Program-made: the position numbers and the translations under genes
Part shown: piece after piece, positions 11,676 to 26,063 of the stretch
Numbering within the stretch: position 1 is the first letter of the stretch
How the letters are laid out: each line of letters opens with the position of its first letter
Notes under the pieces: generated by a model
What the model saw: only the letters and a program-made list of their open reading frames with translations
What the model was told of the DNA's origin: nothing
Databases searched by the model: none
DNA from: Camelus dromedarius
Lineage: Eukaryota
NCBI RefSeq assembly: GCF_036321535.1
Contig: NC_087437.1
Span: 8,122,001 to 8,186,000, forward strand
Direction of reading: 5' to 3'
Length of the DNA stretch: 64,000 nucleotides

Positions 11676-14480
11676 TTTTTTTTGCATTCTTTTTTATTGA
11701 AGTATAGTCAGTTTACGATGTGTCAATTTTGCATGTACAGCATAATGTTTCAGTCATACATATAAGTACATATATTTTCATATTCTTTTTCATTATAGGT
11801 TACTGCAAGATATTGAATATAGTTCCCTGTTCTATACAGTATAACCATGTTATCTGTTTTATATATGGCAGTTAGTATCTGCAAATCTCAAACTCCCAAT
11901 TTATCCTTTCCCACCTCCTTTACCCCCTGGTAAGTTTGTTTTCTATGTCTGCAAGTCTGTTTCTGTTTTGTAAATAAGTTCATTTGTGTCTTTTTTTAGA
12001 TTCCACATATAAGCAATATATGGCATTTTTCTTTTTCTTTCTGACTTATTTCACGTAGAATGACAATCTCCAGGTCCATCCATGTTGCTGCAAATAGCAT
12101 TATTTTTCTTTTTTATGGCTGAGTAGTATTCCATTGTATATATGTACCACATATTTTGTATCCATTCATCTGTAAATGGACATTTAAGTTGTTTCCATGT
12201 CTTGGTTATTGTAAATAGTGCTGCTATGAACATTGGGGTGCATGTGTCTGTTCAAATTAGAGTTCCTTCTGGATAGATACCCAGTAGTGGGCTTGCTGGA
12301 TCATATGGTAAGTCTATTTTTAGTTTTTTAAGGAAGCTCCATACTGACCTTCATAGTGGCTGCACCAATTTACATTCCCACCAGTAGTGTAGGAGGGTTC
12401 CTTTTTCTCCACACCCTCTCCAGCATTTATTACTTGTAGACTTTTTAATGATAGCCATTCTGACTGGTGTGAGGTGATACTTCATTGTAGTTTTGATTTG
12501 CATTTCTCTAATAATTAGTGATGTTAAGCATCTTTTCATGTGCCTGCCTGTTGGCCATCTGGATGTCATCTGTGGGGAGATGTCTATTTAGGTCTTCTGC
12601 TCATTTTTTTATTGGGTTGTTTGTTCTTTGTTTATTTGTTTTGTTTGTTTTGATATTAGGCTGTGTGAGCTGTTTGTATATTTTGGAAATTAGTCCCTTG
12701 TTGGTCACATCATTTGCAAATATTTTCTCCCATTCTGTAGGTTGTCTTATCATTTTGTTAATGGTATCCTTGGCTGTGCAAAACCTTTTAAGTTTAATTA
12801 AGTCTCATTTATTTATTTTTGCTTTTATTTACATTACTCTGGGAGCTGGTTCAAAAAGATATTGCTGCAATTTATGTTGAAGAGTGTTCTGCCTATGTTT
12901 TCCTCTAGGATTTTTATAGTATCTGGTCTTACATTTAGTTCTTTATCCATTGTGAGTTTATTTTTGTATATGGTATTAGAGAATGTTCTAATTTCATTCT
13001 TTTACAGGTAGCTGTCCAGTTTTCCCAGCACCACATATTGAGAAGACTTTTTTCCATTGTATATTCTTGCCTCCTTTGTCATAGATTAATTGACTATAAG
13101 TGTGTAGATTTATTTCTGGACTTTCTATCCTGTTCCATTGATCTATGTGTCTATTTTTGTGCTGGTACCATACTGTTTTGATTACTGTAGCTTTGTAGTA
13201 TAGTCTGAAGCCAGGGAGTGTGATTCTTCCAGTTCCATTCTTCTTTCTCAAAACTGTTTTGGCTATTCAGGGTCTTTTGTGTTTCCATACAAATTTTAAC
13301 ATTTTTTGTTCCAGTTCTGTGAAGAATGTAATTCATAATTTGATGGGGATTGCATTGAATCTATATATTGCCTTGGGTAGTATGGCCATTTTAATTATAT
13401 TGATTCTTCCAATCCAAGAACACAATATATCTTTCCATCTATTTTGTGTCATCTTTCAATTTTTTCATCAGTGTCTTATTACAGTTTTTGGCATACAGGT
13501 CCTTTGTCTCCTTAGGTAGGTTTATTTCTAGGTTTGTTTTTTTTTTTTTTTTTTGATGCACTAGTAAATGGAATTGTTTCCTTAACTTCTTGTTCTGATA
13601 TTTTGTTGTTAGTGTATAGAAATGCAACTGGTTTCCATGTATTAATTTGTATCCTGAAACTTTACCAAATTCATTAATGAGCTCTAATAGTTTTCTGGTA
13701 ATGTCTTTAGGATTTTCTATGTATAGTATCATGTCATCTGTAAACAATGACAGTTTTACTTCATGTTTTTCCCGTTTGGATTTTTTAAATTTCTTTTTCT
13801 TCTCTGATTGCTGTTGCTAGGACTTCCAAAACTATGTTGAATAAAAGTGGCGAGAGTGGGATTTCCTGTCTTGTTCCTGATCTTAGAGGAAATGCTTTCA
13901 CCTTGTCAACACTGAGTATGATGTTAGCTGTGGGTTTGTCATATATGGCCTTTATTATGTTGAGGTATGTTCTGTCTTTGCCCACTTTCTGGAGAGGTTT
14001 TATCATAAATGGATGTTGAATTTTATCGAAAACTTTTTTATGGACCTATTGAGATGATCATATGGTTTTTATTTTTCATTTTATTAATGTGGTGTATCAC
14101 ACTGATTGATTTGCAGATATTGAAAAATCCTTGCATCCCTGGGATAAATCCCATTTGATCATAGTATATGATCCTTTTCATGTATTGTTGGATACAGTTT
14201 GCTAATATTTTGCTGAGGATTTTTCCATCTATGTTCATCAGTGATATTGGCCTGTAATTTTCTTTTTTTGTGATTTTTTTGTCTCATTTTGGTATCAGGC
14301 TGATGGTGGCATCATAGAATGAGTTTGGAAGTGTTCCTTCCTTTTTTGGAATAGTTTCAGAAGGATAGGTGTTAACTTTTCTCTAAATGTTTGGTAGAAT
14401 TTGCCTGTGAAGCCATTTGGTCCTGGACTTTTGTTTGTTGTGATTTTTTAAGTTACTGATTTGATTTCTGTACTGGTAAT
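11676..14480 (-). mobile_element. 5'-truncated L1, ~2.8 kb, frameshifted ORF2 (RT and C-terminus) plus 3' UTR
   Basis: ORF-track fragments [55 protein letters not shown]. Confidence 0.96.
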
Positions 14481-14584
14481 TACAAGTGATTTTTTAATTC
14501 AGCTGGAAATGGTAAGAAATCTCAGAGATATCAGGGAACATAAAGTTTCTTTTGCTATTCATGTTATAGAATCTCCAGCCATTC

Positions 14585-14985
14585 TTTTATTTTAATTTTT
14601 TTGAGTGTTTTTAAAATTAAGATGTAGTCAGTTTACAATGTTGTGTTAGTTTCTGGTGTACAGCCTAGTGATTCAGTTATACATAAATAAATGTTCTTTT
14701 TCATTATAGGCTATTAAAAGTTATTAACTCTAGTTCCCTGTGCTATACAGTAGGACATTGTTGTTTATCTATTTTACACATAGTAGTTAGTATCTGTAAA
14801 TCTTGAACCTCCAATTTATCCCTTCCTTCCCTCTTTCCCCTCTGGTACCATAAGTTTGTTTTGTATGTCTGTGAGTCTATTTGGTAAATAAGTTTATTTG
14901 TGTCTTTTTTTTTTTTAAGATTCCACATATAAGTGATATCATATGGTATTTTTCTTTCTCTTTCTGGCTTACTTCACTTACTTCA
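14585..14985 (-). mobile_element. L1 3' UTR fragment
   Basis: Homologous to 11690-12050. Confidence 0.87.
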
Positions 14986-15360
14986 CTTACTTGGATGGAC
15001 TGATGGACCAATCAGTCCATGGCCTGATAGATAACTTTACTTGTCCCTCATCTGCTTCCCTTCCACGTGTTTGACAGTGGGTACTCTAGGTTTCTACCAT
15101 TGTAAACATTCTATTGGACAGAAATGCCCTTGGTATTCTTTACAGAGTTGCCCCCTGTAAAAGTAATTTGATTGCAAATTAGGGTCTGTAATCAGGTTTT
15201 GATGTCCTCAGGCCATTTGACTGGGACACAAAAATGGAAGCCATTGTGTCTGTTTCCTGTCTGCAGTGTCATAATATGTGTGATGTCTCCCCATCTCCTT
15301 CAGTCATGGATCTCTTTTTATTTCAGTTGTTCTTAAGGATGCCTGTTCATCAGTTTGAGG

Positions 15361-15904
15361 TGTGAAGGGGAGCAGAATTTGCCACCCAAAATATGCCTCC
15401 TTGAGATAAGGATCATTTTGAACCAATTATTTTAAGAAACAGCAGACATGAGAGAAGCTCTGTAAACAGAGTTGAAATTACCCTTTTCTAAGGAACATTT
15501 ACATTTCACAAAGGAAATCATTTATAAAGGTGTCTCCCTGTCTGTACCAGAAAGAGAAGGTTGATTCTAAGTGGCCAGAAACTTTTATCAGTAGAGAAGG
15601 CACTGATTTAACCTACATAAGAAATCTTACCCTTGTTTAGCATGCTTTCCCTGGTAACCTCCCACAGCTGGCCCTACTTTTGCCCCAACATCTTATTTTT
15701 TTGTCTTTAGCTAAAGATGGTATTTAAAGTGGTGGCTTGGGCTATCTTGGGGATTACTCAGTTTTCCTGGGTATCTCCCATGTATACATGAGGTCTCCAT
15801 GTTAATAAATGTGTTTGTTTTCCTCTTATTAACCTGTCTTTTGTCTCAGGAAGTCTCAGCCAAGAACTCAGAAGGTGAGGGGAAGTTATTTTTCCTCCCC
15901 TATA
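15361..15904 (+). mobile_element. ERV1-type solo LTR (MER34-like)
   Basis: Starts tgaaggggagcagaatttgccacccaaaatatgcc, internal tatttaaa and aataaa, ends ttttcctcccctata. Confidence 0.65.
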
Positions 15905-15973
15905 GTTTCTCCACCAAGCTCCACAACATGAACATACTCAATTATTTATAGTCTGCACTTTGAACCTGGCCAT

Positions 15974-16459
15974 TGTTGACTGAAATAAATGCATAGCCTA
16001 AAAGCTGAAAGTTATGTTTTATTTGGCGGGAGGACTCGAGCCAGGATGACAGCCTCTCAGATCGCTCTGAGGGACCGCTCCAAAGAGGTAGGGAAGGAGC
16101 TAAGATACATAAGAGTTTTACAACAAAGACCAGGTAGTTGGAATATTAAAAGATTACTTGTTAACTGAAGAAAACCAGGCATCTCAAGTTGAAGAATTTA
16201 GCCCTTTTCTATGTGTGGGAGGGAGCAAACATTTGGGCTCATTGAATTCATTCCTTTGACAAGCACCTAGCTATCTAGGGCCAGTATCCTGTCCTTTCTT
16301 ATTCTGAGTCCCCTCAGAGGGCACCACTGTGAGTGGCTGCAGAGGCCAGGCTGCAGGCTTGTCTTCACTTGGTGGGGGGCGGGGGTGGCAGCCGCTGATG
16401 ACTTGGTGACTTCCGCATTCTTTGTTTACTGATATAGTTTGCAGTATTTTTCATTCACA
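15974..16459 (-). mobile_element. Younger ERV-type solo LTR
   Basis: TG...CA termini (tgttgactga...ttcattcaca), retained CpGs, minus-strand AATAAA (~16017-16022), near-TSD ccat/ccaa. Confidence 0.65.
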
Positions 16460-17989
16460 CCAAACATACTCTCCAAGTTTGGTGAAAATCTGCTGTGTAA
16501 TTTTTCATGTGGTCCAGTAAGAGACAAACAGAAGGAACTTATGTTTTATTTATATAAATATAAACATACTAAATACACAACAATAGGCAAATGGTTAAAT
16601 AAAATATGGTACCTTCAAGTGATAGGTACGCTAGAAATAAGAGAATCAATTGTGTGCAGAGCCAGGACAGAACTTAGGAGCAGTTTTAACAGCCACCTTG
16701 AGTTGATCCTAGTGACCCCCTAACCTGAGAAAGGGAACAATGATCTTCTATGAGACTTCCGTTTGCCTCAAGGGCATTTGTTTTAATGTCCAGGAAATGT
16801 CTTTGACTTCATTCTGCAATCCTCTGTTGAATTTTTATTTAGCCTGTCACACTTAAGTTCTAAAATGTTCTATCTTCTTCTTTGGCTGTTATTGTCAAAG
16901 TTCCAATCTTGTCTTCTGGATGCAGCATCTTTTATCTCTCAGGTTACTTTTCTGTGTGCTTACATCTTCCCTGTCCCCTCTGGGTTTTCTGTCAGCTTGT
17001 TTCAGCCTCTCCCTTCCAGCTGGCGTCGGATCAACAGATCAAAGTTAGGCTCCACAGGGACTATGTAGCTCCGTGTGCACAGGGCTTGTTGACTCTTGGG
17101 CTTTCCTATAAGATGATCAGATGATGAGGCAGTCTTTATTTTGGTAGGGTCCCTAATGTCATTTGTTTTTCCCTCTAGGCTATTCAGAATTTCCAAAAGA
17201 TAGTAATGATGGTAATAATAGCTAATGATTATAAAGCACATAGGATATGCTGGACACTGTTTTAAGGGCTTTGTATTAATTCTTTAATACATAATGATTT
17301 CTGTGAGGTAGGTACTATTAGCCTCCCCATTGTAACAGGGTTACACTGCTCATATATGGGCAGATCTCTGAACACAAGTAGGCTGGCTTCCAAATCTCTG
17401 CTCTTATTCCCAATGCTCTCCTGCCTCTCTCTGCACTGCCAACTGATGGAAGAGCTGGCTTTACACTGGCTACTTGCCCTCTAGGGGCCTAATGGGAGAG
17501 GAAGCTAAGGAAATCGCATCACAGAAAGTACATTTTACAATGCCCCATTTTCAGCCTGGAGCTGCCCCTCTGCTTTTCCTTGGGCTTGGTGTCTTTTGAC
17601 TCCAAAAACCCTGTTGGAAAAATAAATCCAGTTCTGGTAGAAGGGAGCAGGAGCTGGTGCAAAGATGTAGGGAATCAGGGTAGCATAGGATGGAGGGGAA
17701 CCAGAAACCCAGCTACGCTGAATTCAGACTTTGAACCAATCCTTCAGTTTTCAGCTTCAAGCTTTACTACTTCCAAGGGCTGATCCAGGCAAACTGGATC
17801 ATTTCTGGTGGAAATTTCTACCTGGTTTCCGTCAGATTGCATTTTCTCCTGCAAAATCAGTTGCTGTAACTCCCTATTTTCTTCTGTTTTCTAAAGTGTA
17901 TTGAAAATCTTCCTATTTTCTAAAGTATATTGAAAATTTTAAACTGTTGTCTCTTCTATTTTCTTTTATTTCTATTATCTTAAAAAAAA

Positions 17990-19183
17990 CAACCACTACA
18001 GGCCACAAAAATCAGGAAATTAGCATGGATATAATAGTAGTATCTAATGTAAGGACCCCTTTCAGATATCACCAGTTACCCTAATACTGTCTTTTATCGT
18101 AAAAGGAGCAAATCCATGGGTCACAAGTGTGATTGTGTGTTTCCTTTGAGAAGCAGACACCACGATTAGCCATACAAGAGACTTAGGAAGAAAAACACCT
18201 GTGACAGATGAGGGCGGTGTAGGCAGGGGGAGATTTCAGACCATGACACCTTTGAAAGGAGAGCAGGAAGGCAGTATTAAGAAGGAAGGGCTTCAGAACA
18301 CAGCATGGTTCTGAGAACACTTTGGCCAGGTCAATGCATGGTCTCTGAAACTGTATTTCCCATTTAAGGAGTCTGTGTTGGGTAAACAGGTTCAGTTCTA
18401 GAGTCCCTACTGAGCTCCATCACTGAGAGCGTGGCCGGCTAGTTACCACGGCCGTAGGTCCCTGAGGGCAGCAGGTAGAGGCTGTCAACTGGCTACATGC
18501 CCCACAGCAGGTCCTCTTGAAGGGAGTCAGGATCCAGGCACCTGGGTAGCCAGCACACACGCACAGCATTTAGTCCTCACGTCTCTTCTGTCTCCTTTAG
18601 TCAGTTCCTAATGTTTTCTTGTCTTTTATGACCTTGACATTTTTTAGTATAGGCTAGTTATTTTGTTAAATGTGCCCCAATTTGGGTGTGATTAGAGTTA
18701 AAGTTACACATTTTTGTCAGAGATAATCACAGAAATGATGCTGTGTTCTTCCATCAGGGAGTACGTGCTGTCAACTTGTCCTATGACTAGTAGTGTTAAC
18801 TTTGATCACTCATTGAAGGTAAAGCCTGCTGGGATTCTCTGCTATAAAATTTGTCATGAATCATTATTCTGTGTAAATATCCAGTTCCTCACTAAACTTT
18901 TACCTGCTGTTTTAATATCCATTGATGATTTTTGCTTAAACCATTACTACTATGACAGTCACCAAATGATGACTTTCTAATTCCATCAGTCCATCTACAC
19001 TTATTAATTGGCATTATACTGCAAAGAAACTTTCTTTTCTTGCTATTTATTCAATCATTGATGTATTATATCAGTATGGAGTCATGGATTTCTATTTTAT
19101 TCAATGGTAATTTTTTAAAAATTGAAATATAGTTGATTTACAATATTATGTTAGTTTCAGGTGTACAGCAAAGTGATTTGGAG

Positions 19184-19218
<35 letters not shown>

Positions 19219-19920
19219 TTTTTTTATTCTTTTCCGCTTACAGGTTATTACAAGATACTGAATGCAGTTCCCTGTGCTATACAGTAAGTCTTTGTTGCTT
19301 ATCTATTTTACATATGATAGTGTGTTATCTGTCAATCCCATACTCCTAATTTATCCCTCCCCCTTCCCCTTATAGTCAAAGATAATTTTATTCAGTGCTC
19401 AGAGTATAACAGTTTGGGCCATTGGGGGCCCCTTCAAGCTTGTTTCTGCACTTCCTTTGCCATATCTGCATTATTCTTTGAGAATTTTCTTACTTTTTGG
19501 CTCTCTAAGGTGTTCCAAGTACATACTGTGCTACACCAGCCCTAGAGTCAGCCATTCCTCCAAAGGGTCCTGATTCCTTTTAATAGAAAATAATATTTAG
19601 AAATCGAGATCTGGGTTCTAGTGTGCTCACTGCTACCAGATAAACATTGTTTCTTTTAGGTCCTCTTACAGGACAGAGCTAGGAAATGTGTGTGTATACC
19701 GGCCCCTCCTTGCATCTGTATCAATCCTGTAATATTCTGTTAAATGTGTCTAGTTTAGATACACAGATGTGGATTTTGACATGGTTTCCACCAGTACCTC
19801 CAATTACAATCCAACACAACAGGATTCCTTCTACCCTTCTCCTTTTTGTATTTGTAACTGGTTTCTCTACCAGTAAGAAACCTGGCTTCTATGGTCCTCA
19901 GTATATTTACTTATCTGCCT
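17990..19920 (-). mobile_element. Old L1 (L1MC-like) 3' region interrupted by an ERVL-type LTR (~18130-18560) and a young L1 tail (~19110-19370)
   Basis: Recognisable old L1 3' UTR phrases on both sides of the inserts; 19110-19370 homologous to other young L1 tails. Confidence 0.6.
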
Positions 19921-20889
19921 CTGGATGTTATCAGCTCCCAGCTTCACTGACCACCTCCCTCAGCCACCTCCTTCCTCAGTTCCCAGCTACACCAGTGCCA
20001 CCTCACTTGGCCACCTATACTCAGCCCCCAGTATTACAGTTTTCAGTGACCAAGTACCTTTTTTTTATTTCTCACAAGATTGGTTACCATGGTTCAAGTC
20101 AACTCAGGAAGGTTGATACCAGCCCATTTTCAGCTGCTGAAGACCCACTGACCCATAATCATCATGTCACCTTCCACTCTCCAAACTCAGTATGGGCTAG
20201 GACAGTGGTCCTATCTCTCCCACTGTGCCTTGGCCAAGATCACTGTTTTCCTGGTAGATATCCCTAACTCTGAATATCTCAGCAAAAAAGTTAGGCGTGA
20301 TAGCATCAATCTTTCTGCCCAGAAGGCCCTGAACCCGTTATGCAGTTGAAACCACCCACTTCTCAGAATTCTGCAGAGAATAGCTCTTTGCGAATTCAGA
20401 CAAAATGAGTCGTTGTGCCTTTTTTGTTTCAAAACAGGGTTTGAATGACTGTCTAGTTCTCACAAGATTTACAAATGGGTGACCCTTTCGCCTCTACCCA
20501 TCCCCACATAGCCATCAGGTTCTCTGGGTGCACAACAGGAAAAAAAATTAAGGCATCCCTTTGCATGACATTTACCATATTGTGAAATCATTTGTCTATT
20601 GGGCTCAAGTCTCTAGACTGTAAGTTTTTTGAAAGCAGATACTGTATCATTTTTCATCTTTGCAGCCCTAGCGCCTGACATACTATCTAGTCATTGTAGA
20701 CAGAATAATTTTTTTAAAACTTTCTTTGAATCTTTCCTTCCTTCTTCCTCTTGGTACTTCAGGGCTCAATACCATTTACCAATGCACTTTGTAAAGTTCA
20801 CTTGTTTTGTCTTAATAACCCCAAGGCTTCTGTTATAGTCAGTGCATTAATGGTGATCAAGGGATGGCTTGATGGAAGACTTGTCAATT

Positions 20890-21430
20890 CTATTCATGTA
20901 CTAGCATTACCCTAATACCAAACTCAAAGAAAACACAAAAAGGAAAACTACTGTCCAATATTACATGGGGTCATAGATGCAAAACTCCTAGTGAAAAACT
21001 GGAAGTCAAATCCAAGAATACATTATAATAATAATATGACAACCCAGTAGGGCTTAGCCCCAAAATATGAAGATAGTTCACTATTAGAAAATTAATCATG
21101 TTAATTCAGAAAAGATGTATTTCAACAAATGTGGAGAAAGCTCTTCATGGTTGAAGCTCTATTCCTGATTTTTAAACATTCTTAGCAAACTAAGAATGGA
21201 TATGGGTGTCCTTAACTTGATAGACCAAAAATCTTCAGCAAAAATAATACTTAACAGTGAACCATTAGAATCATTCCCATTAAAGTTTGAAAAGAGACCT
21301 TTCAATATTATCTTATTTATCATAGGCAATGCAGTGATATAGGAAATTGAAATAAGAGCTATGTATACTAAAGAGGGAAAAACAGAAGTGTCAATATGAT
21401 TGTCTACCTAGAAAATCCAAAAGAAATAAT
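20890..21430 (+). mobile_element. Old degenerate L1 ORF2 (RT-region) fragment; resumes at ~22265
   Basis: catagatgcaaaactcct, atcattcccattaaa, atatgattgtctacctagaaaatccaa (MIVYLENPK). Confidence 0.75.
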
Positions 21431-21439
21431 GGTAAGCAA

Positions 21440-21921
21440 TTACCTCACACCAGTCAGAATGGCCATCATTCAAAAGTCCACAAATGACAAATGCTGGAGA
21501 GGCTGTGGAGAAAAGGGAACCTTCCTACACTGCTGGTGGGAATGCAGTTTGGTGCAGCCACTGTGGAAAACAGTATGGAGAGTCCTCAAAAGGCTAGGAA
21601 TAGACTTAACATATGACCCAGGAATCCCACTCCTGGGCATATATCCAGAAGGAACCCTACTTCATGATGACACCTGCACCCCAATGTTCATAGCAGCACT
21701 ATTTACAATAGCCAAGACATGGAAACAGCCTAGATGTCCATCAACAGATGACTGGATAAAGAAGATGTGGTATATTTATATGATGGAATACTATTCAGCC
21801 ATAAAAACTGACAACATAACGCCATTTGCAGCAACATGGATGTTCCTGGAGAATGTCATTCTAAGTGAAGTAAGCCAGAAAGAGAAAGAAAAATACCATA
21901 TGAGATTGCTCATAAGCGGAA

Positions 21922-21957
<36 letters not shown>

Positions 21958-22263
21958 AAAAAACATAAATACAAAACAGAAACAGACTCATAGACATAGA
22001 ATACAAACTTGTGGTTGCCCAGGGGGTGAGGGGTGGGAAGGGACAGACTGGGATTTCAAAATGTAGGCTAGATAAACAAGATTGTACTGTGTAGCACAGG
22101 GAAGTATATACAGGATCTTGTGGTGGCTCACAACGAAAGAGAATGTGACAGTGAATGTATGTATGTTCATGTATAACTGAAAAATTGTGCTCTACATTGG
22201 AATTTGACACAACATTGTAAAGTGACTATAACTCAATTAAAAAAACGTTTAAAAGAAAAAAAA
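21440..22263 (+). mobile_element. Young 5'-truncated L1: uninterrupted ORF2 C-terminus plus full 3' UTR
   Basis: [42 protein letters not shown] open to 21926; A tail. Confidence 0.95.
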
Positions 22264-23229
22264 GATTGATCAGAGTTCAGCAAGAGGACCAGCTATAAAA
22301 ACTAAAAACGAAACAATTTTCAATCTTATTATAAATCAAATAAATGTGAATTAAAACAGTGTCTTGCAAATCATTAATTTTTAAACTTTAGTGGTACAAT
22401 CTTTTAGGAAGGGATTTGGCAACAAGAATTAGAAATTAATCCATCCTTTGGCTTCTGCTGAAACTCTATGCTAAGGAAATATTCTAAGACATGTGCATAA
22501 AGAAGTTCATAGACTATTTTTACACAAAAATATGGGAAAAAAATTAATATCCAACAAGAGGAAGTGAGTTAACTAAAGAAGTATATATTGGCTTAAAGAA
22601 ATCTTGTCCTTTTTTAATCACTAAAAGATCTTTTAAGTTCTCTGTAATAATATAAAAAAATTATTAAATAATAGTAAGTGAAAAATCAAGACAATTCTTA
22701 TGCTTGCTGTATCAGCTACATAAAAGTGAAATTGGAGGGAAGTGTCAGGAAGTGCAGTGCAGTTAAGAACTCAGCCTCTTGAACTGGAAATGGTGACTTC
22801 AAATCCTGGGGCTGCCACTTCTTAGCTGTAAGACTTTGGCCAGATTATTTAATTTGCCTCAGTTTCCTCACCTGTAAAGAGCTCATGAGTAGTGATGTTG
22901 AAATAGCAAAGCCACCAATAACTGTTAACTAACGTGAATGCTGCAGAGTGCTAGTAGGCAAAGCGTTACGGTGATGAGATTAGGGGTGTTTTCATTCCTG
23001 TTTTCTAAATTTTCTATAATGGTATCTTCATTTTATAGTAAAAGTAGACATTTTAATATTTAAAAAATTATTTTTAAAAGGGCCTCATTTCTAGCCAAGG
23101 CTAATCTCTCCTCTGGCCTATGATCCTATTTCCATACCCTCCTGGGTATCTGGAATCTAGTTATGGCCATTATCTCCTTTGCATTATCTCAAACTCCTCT
23201 ACTGATTGGCTAAACAAATAAAAATATCT

Positions 23230-23885
23230 TTAAAAACTAAAAACAGACTTACCCTGTGATCCAGCAATCCCACATCTATCTGGAAGAAACTCTAATTCGA
23301 AAAGATACATGCACCCCAGTGTTCATAGCAGCACTATTCACAACAGCCCAGACATGGAAGCCACCTAAATGTCCATCAACAGATGACTGGATAAAGATGA
23401 TGTGGTATAGATGTAATGGAATACTACTCAGCCATAAAAAAGAATGAAGTAATGCCATTTGCAGCAACAGGAATGGATCTGGAGATTGTTATACTAAGTG
23501 AAGTAAGCCAGAAAGAGAAAGACATATCATTTATATGTGGAATCTTTAAAAAATGACACAAATATTATTTACCAAACAGAAACAAACTCACAGACATAGA
23601 AAACAAACTTATGGTTACCAGGGGGGAAGAATAAATTGGGAATTTGAGATTTGCAGATACTAAAACTACTATGTACAGAATAGAAAAACAACAAGGTCCT
23701 ACTGTCTAGCACAGGGAACTGTATTCAATATCTTGTAATAACCTATAATGAAAAAGAATATGAAAGGGAATATACATACATATATATATATATATATGTA
23801 TGTATAACTGAAACACTATGCTGTACACCAAAAATTAACACATTATAAACCGATTATGCTTCAATTTAAAAAATTTAACTAAAAA
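23230..23885 (+). mobile_element. 5'-truncated L1 (ORF2 end plus 3' UTR)
   Basis: CTPVFIAALFTTAQTWKPPKCPSTDDW; 3' UTR with (TA)n. Confidence 0.92.
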
Positions 23886-24749
23886 TTAAAAATATTCCTA
23901 AATAGAATCTTTACTCTGTTCTCTTCACTGCCACACTTCTTAAGGGAAAAAAAAAAATTCACAGGAGTTTTCTTCAACTCTAATTTCACTCTTCAGTGTA
24001 TGGAATCTGAAATGTCCCTCCATCATGCCATTTTAACAATGTTTCTAATTCCCTTAAAGGCCAAAGTGAATGCATCTTTATTCTACGTATCTATCAGAGA
24101 TATTTTAACACTGCTGGTCACTTTCTCCTTGAAACTCTCTTCCCTGTCGGATCACATTTAGAAAGGAGGGTGTGAGGGGCAGGAGGAAGCAGAGGTTTTA
24201 GAATTGCCTGTATGGGGAAACTGGAAGCCTGTATCAGCTTCTGTGTGAGATCAAGTCTGAAGCCTTAGACTGGAGAACCAATCCAGAAAGGGAAGCAGTC
24301 GTAGTCAAGTGAGAAGAGAGTGGCTGGGGAAATCCAATAAGGGAACCAGAAAGCAAAGTGGGTCAGATTTTTAAAAAAGAAAAAAGAAAACACCCGGAAT
24401 CCCAAGGGGAAGAGAAGTCTGCAGATGCAGAAAACATTCTGCAGAATCCCTGTGACCACTTCAGCTGAATTGTGTTCTCAAATCTCATTGTATGGAATCC
24501 TTCATTCCCAGAATACTTATGTTGCTCAATACCACTGTCTCAGACTCACCTCTTTCTTCTCTGACTGTTCTTTCTCCCATTTAATCATCCAGCCTGCCTT
24601 CCTTTGATCAAACGTACATTTACTGAATGACCACTGTCTGCCATCTGCCAAGCATGGTAATATGCCATGACACTACAGGATAAATAAGAGAAAATCCTTG
24701 TCCTCAAGAACTCACCTAGTTGACATTTCTTTCTCTGACCATCTCATAT

Positions 24750-25680
24750 GTTTCTGAAGGTCCTTGCCTAGACCTTCTTCTCCCATGCCCACTCGTGGCT
24801 CCAGCTGTCTCCTATTACTGATGGTCTCCCTGGCTTTTTCATCTGATATCCTGTATCTATCTCAAACTCAGGACGGCCAACACCAGATGCTCATTTGCCA
24901 CCAAACAGGAAGAGATCTCATTATCAACCTAGAAACTCCTAAGTCACCCATCAACTTCCCTCTTTCACCACATAGATGGACAACTGGATGACAAGTCTTC
25001 ACAGCACCATCCCCTAAAAAGTTCCCAGAAATGCCCTCTTCTCTCTATTCTTTCTAACTCTACATTAATTTAAGGTCATCATTATGTTGGAGTAGCCTTC
25101 TAACTTTTCCCTGTTATCCAGGAGCTCCTCCTTCGAGTCTACCATTTTTATCACTATCAGAATTATCTTTCCAAAAGGCGTATTTTACTTATTTCTTCCC
25201 TCATAAAGATCTACCATTGCTTCTGTTTTACCCCCACATTCTGGACCTTTTGATTTCTTCATGTATTTTATCATCATGTTGGCTAAACAGAAGTACTTAC
25301 ACGTCTCAAACACAAGAAACTTTGGGTATGCTCTTTGCCATTCTTTGCCCAAGATGCTCCAACCCTTTTTCCCATCTGACAAATACTGATACTTTTCTAA
25401 ATTAGATCAAACATTATTTGCTCTGTAAAGCCTTTCCCATCGCCTCCAAACAGAACTGTCCAAACGTCATTGAGCTCCATGACTAAAGTGTACTTCTATT
25501 AAGGAAGAATCACACTTGTTGCTATTCATTTAGATGTCTGTATAATATTTGTTTTGTTATTGTTCCCAACACTGGCATGAGAGCCTAAACCCATAGGATA
25601 GGGATCATGGGCTTTTCATTTTATAGTGCCCTGTACCCAGCATAATGGCCTCCACAAGTCTTTGCTGGAAAGAATAAATA
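24750..25680 (-). mobile_element. Degenerate L2 LINE
   Basis: Pyrimidine-rich L2-like phrases ending in a gaataaat-type terminus. Confidence 0.55.
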
Positions 25681-26063
25681 ACTCACAGAATAGTGAATGA
25701 AAAAAAAAGTTTCTGAAAAATGTACATGAACATTAAGGATAAAATGTGTACTTCAGTAAGAGGGTTGAGAAAATGCAGACTGAGGAATGAAATGTAGATC
25801 ACAGGAGAAAGGAGAGAGAAATCAAGAGGAACCACTTATGTGCACAGTAAACAAAGCTGTCATCTAGGAAGGGAGGCAGAGTGTCAGAGGCGATCGGACA
25901 GAGGAACAGCTGGAAAGAGTCCAGTGGGACAAGGAATATCAGAATCTCTACAAATTCTTTGCTATGTGACGCCACACATCCAAACCAGTCTCTCTAGTTT
26001 ATCATCTCGATAAAGACATGGCTATACATTGTTCACAGGGAAAGTACTGGGGAAAAAACTTAC

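Noticed and set aside
12051..14238. Reverse-transcriptase-like ORF fragments as a novel RT system
   Set aside because: Ordinary frameshifted, 5'-truncated L1 ORF2
17887..17940. Two-copy tandem duplications (also ~35288-35334 and ~46706-46740) as CRISPR-like arrays
   Set aside because: Only two adjacent units without unique spacers; ordinary slippage in a mammalian genome
19686..20267. 193-aa plus-strand ORF
   Set aside because: Starts within old L1 3' sequence; no domain or splice support
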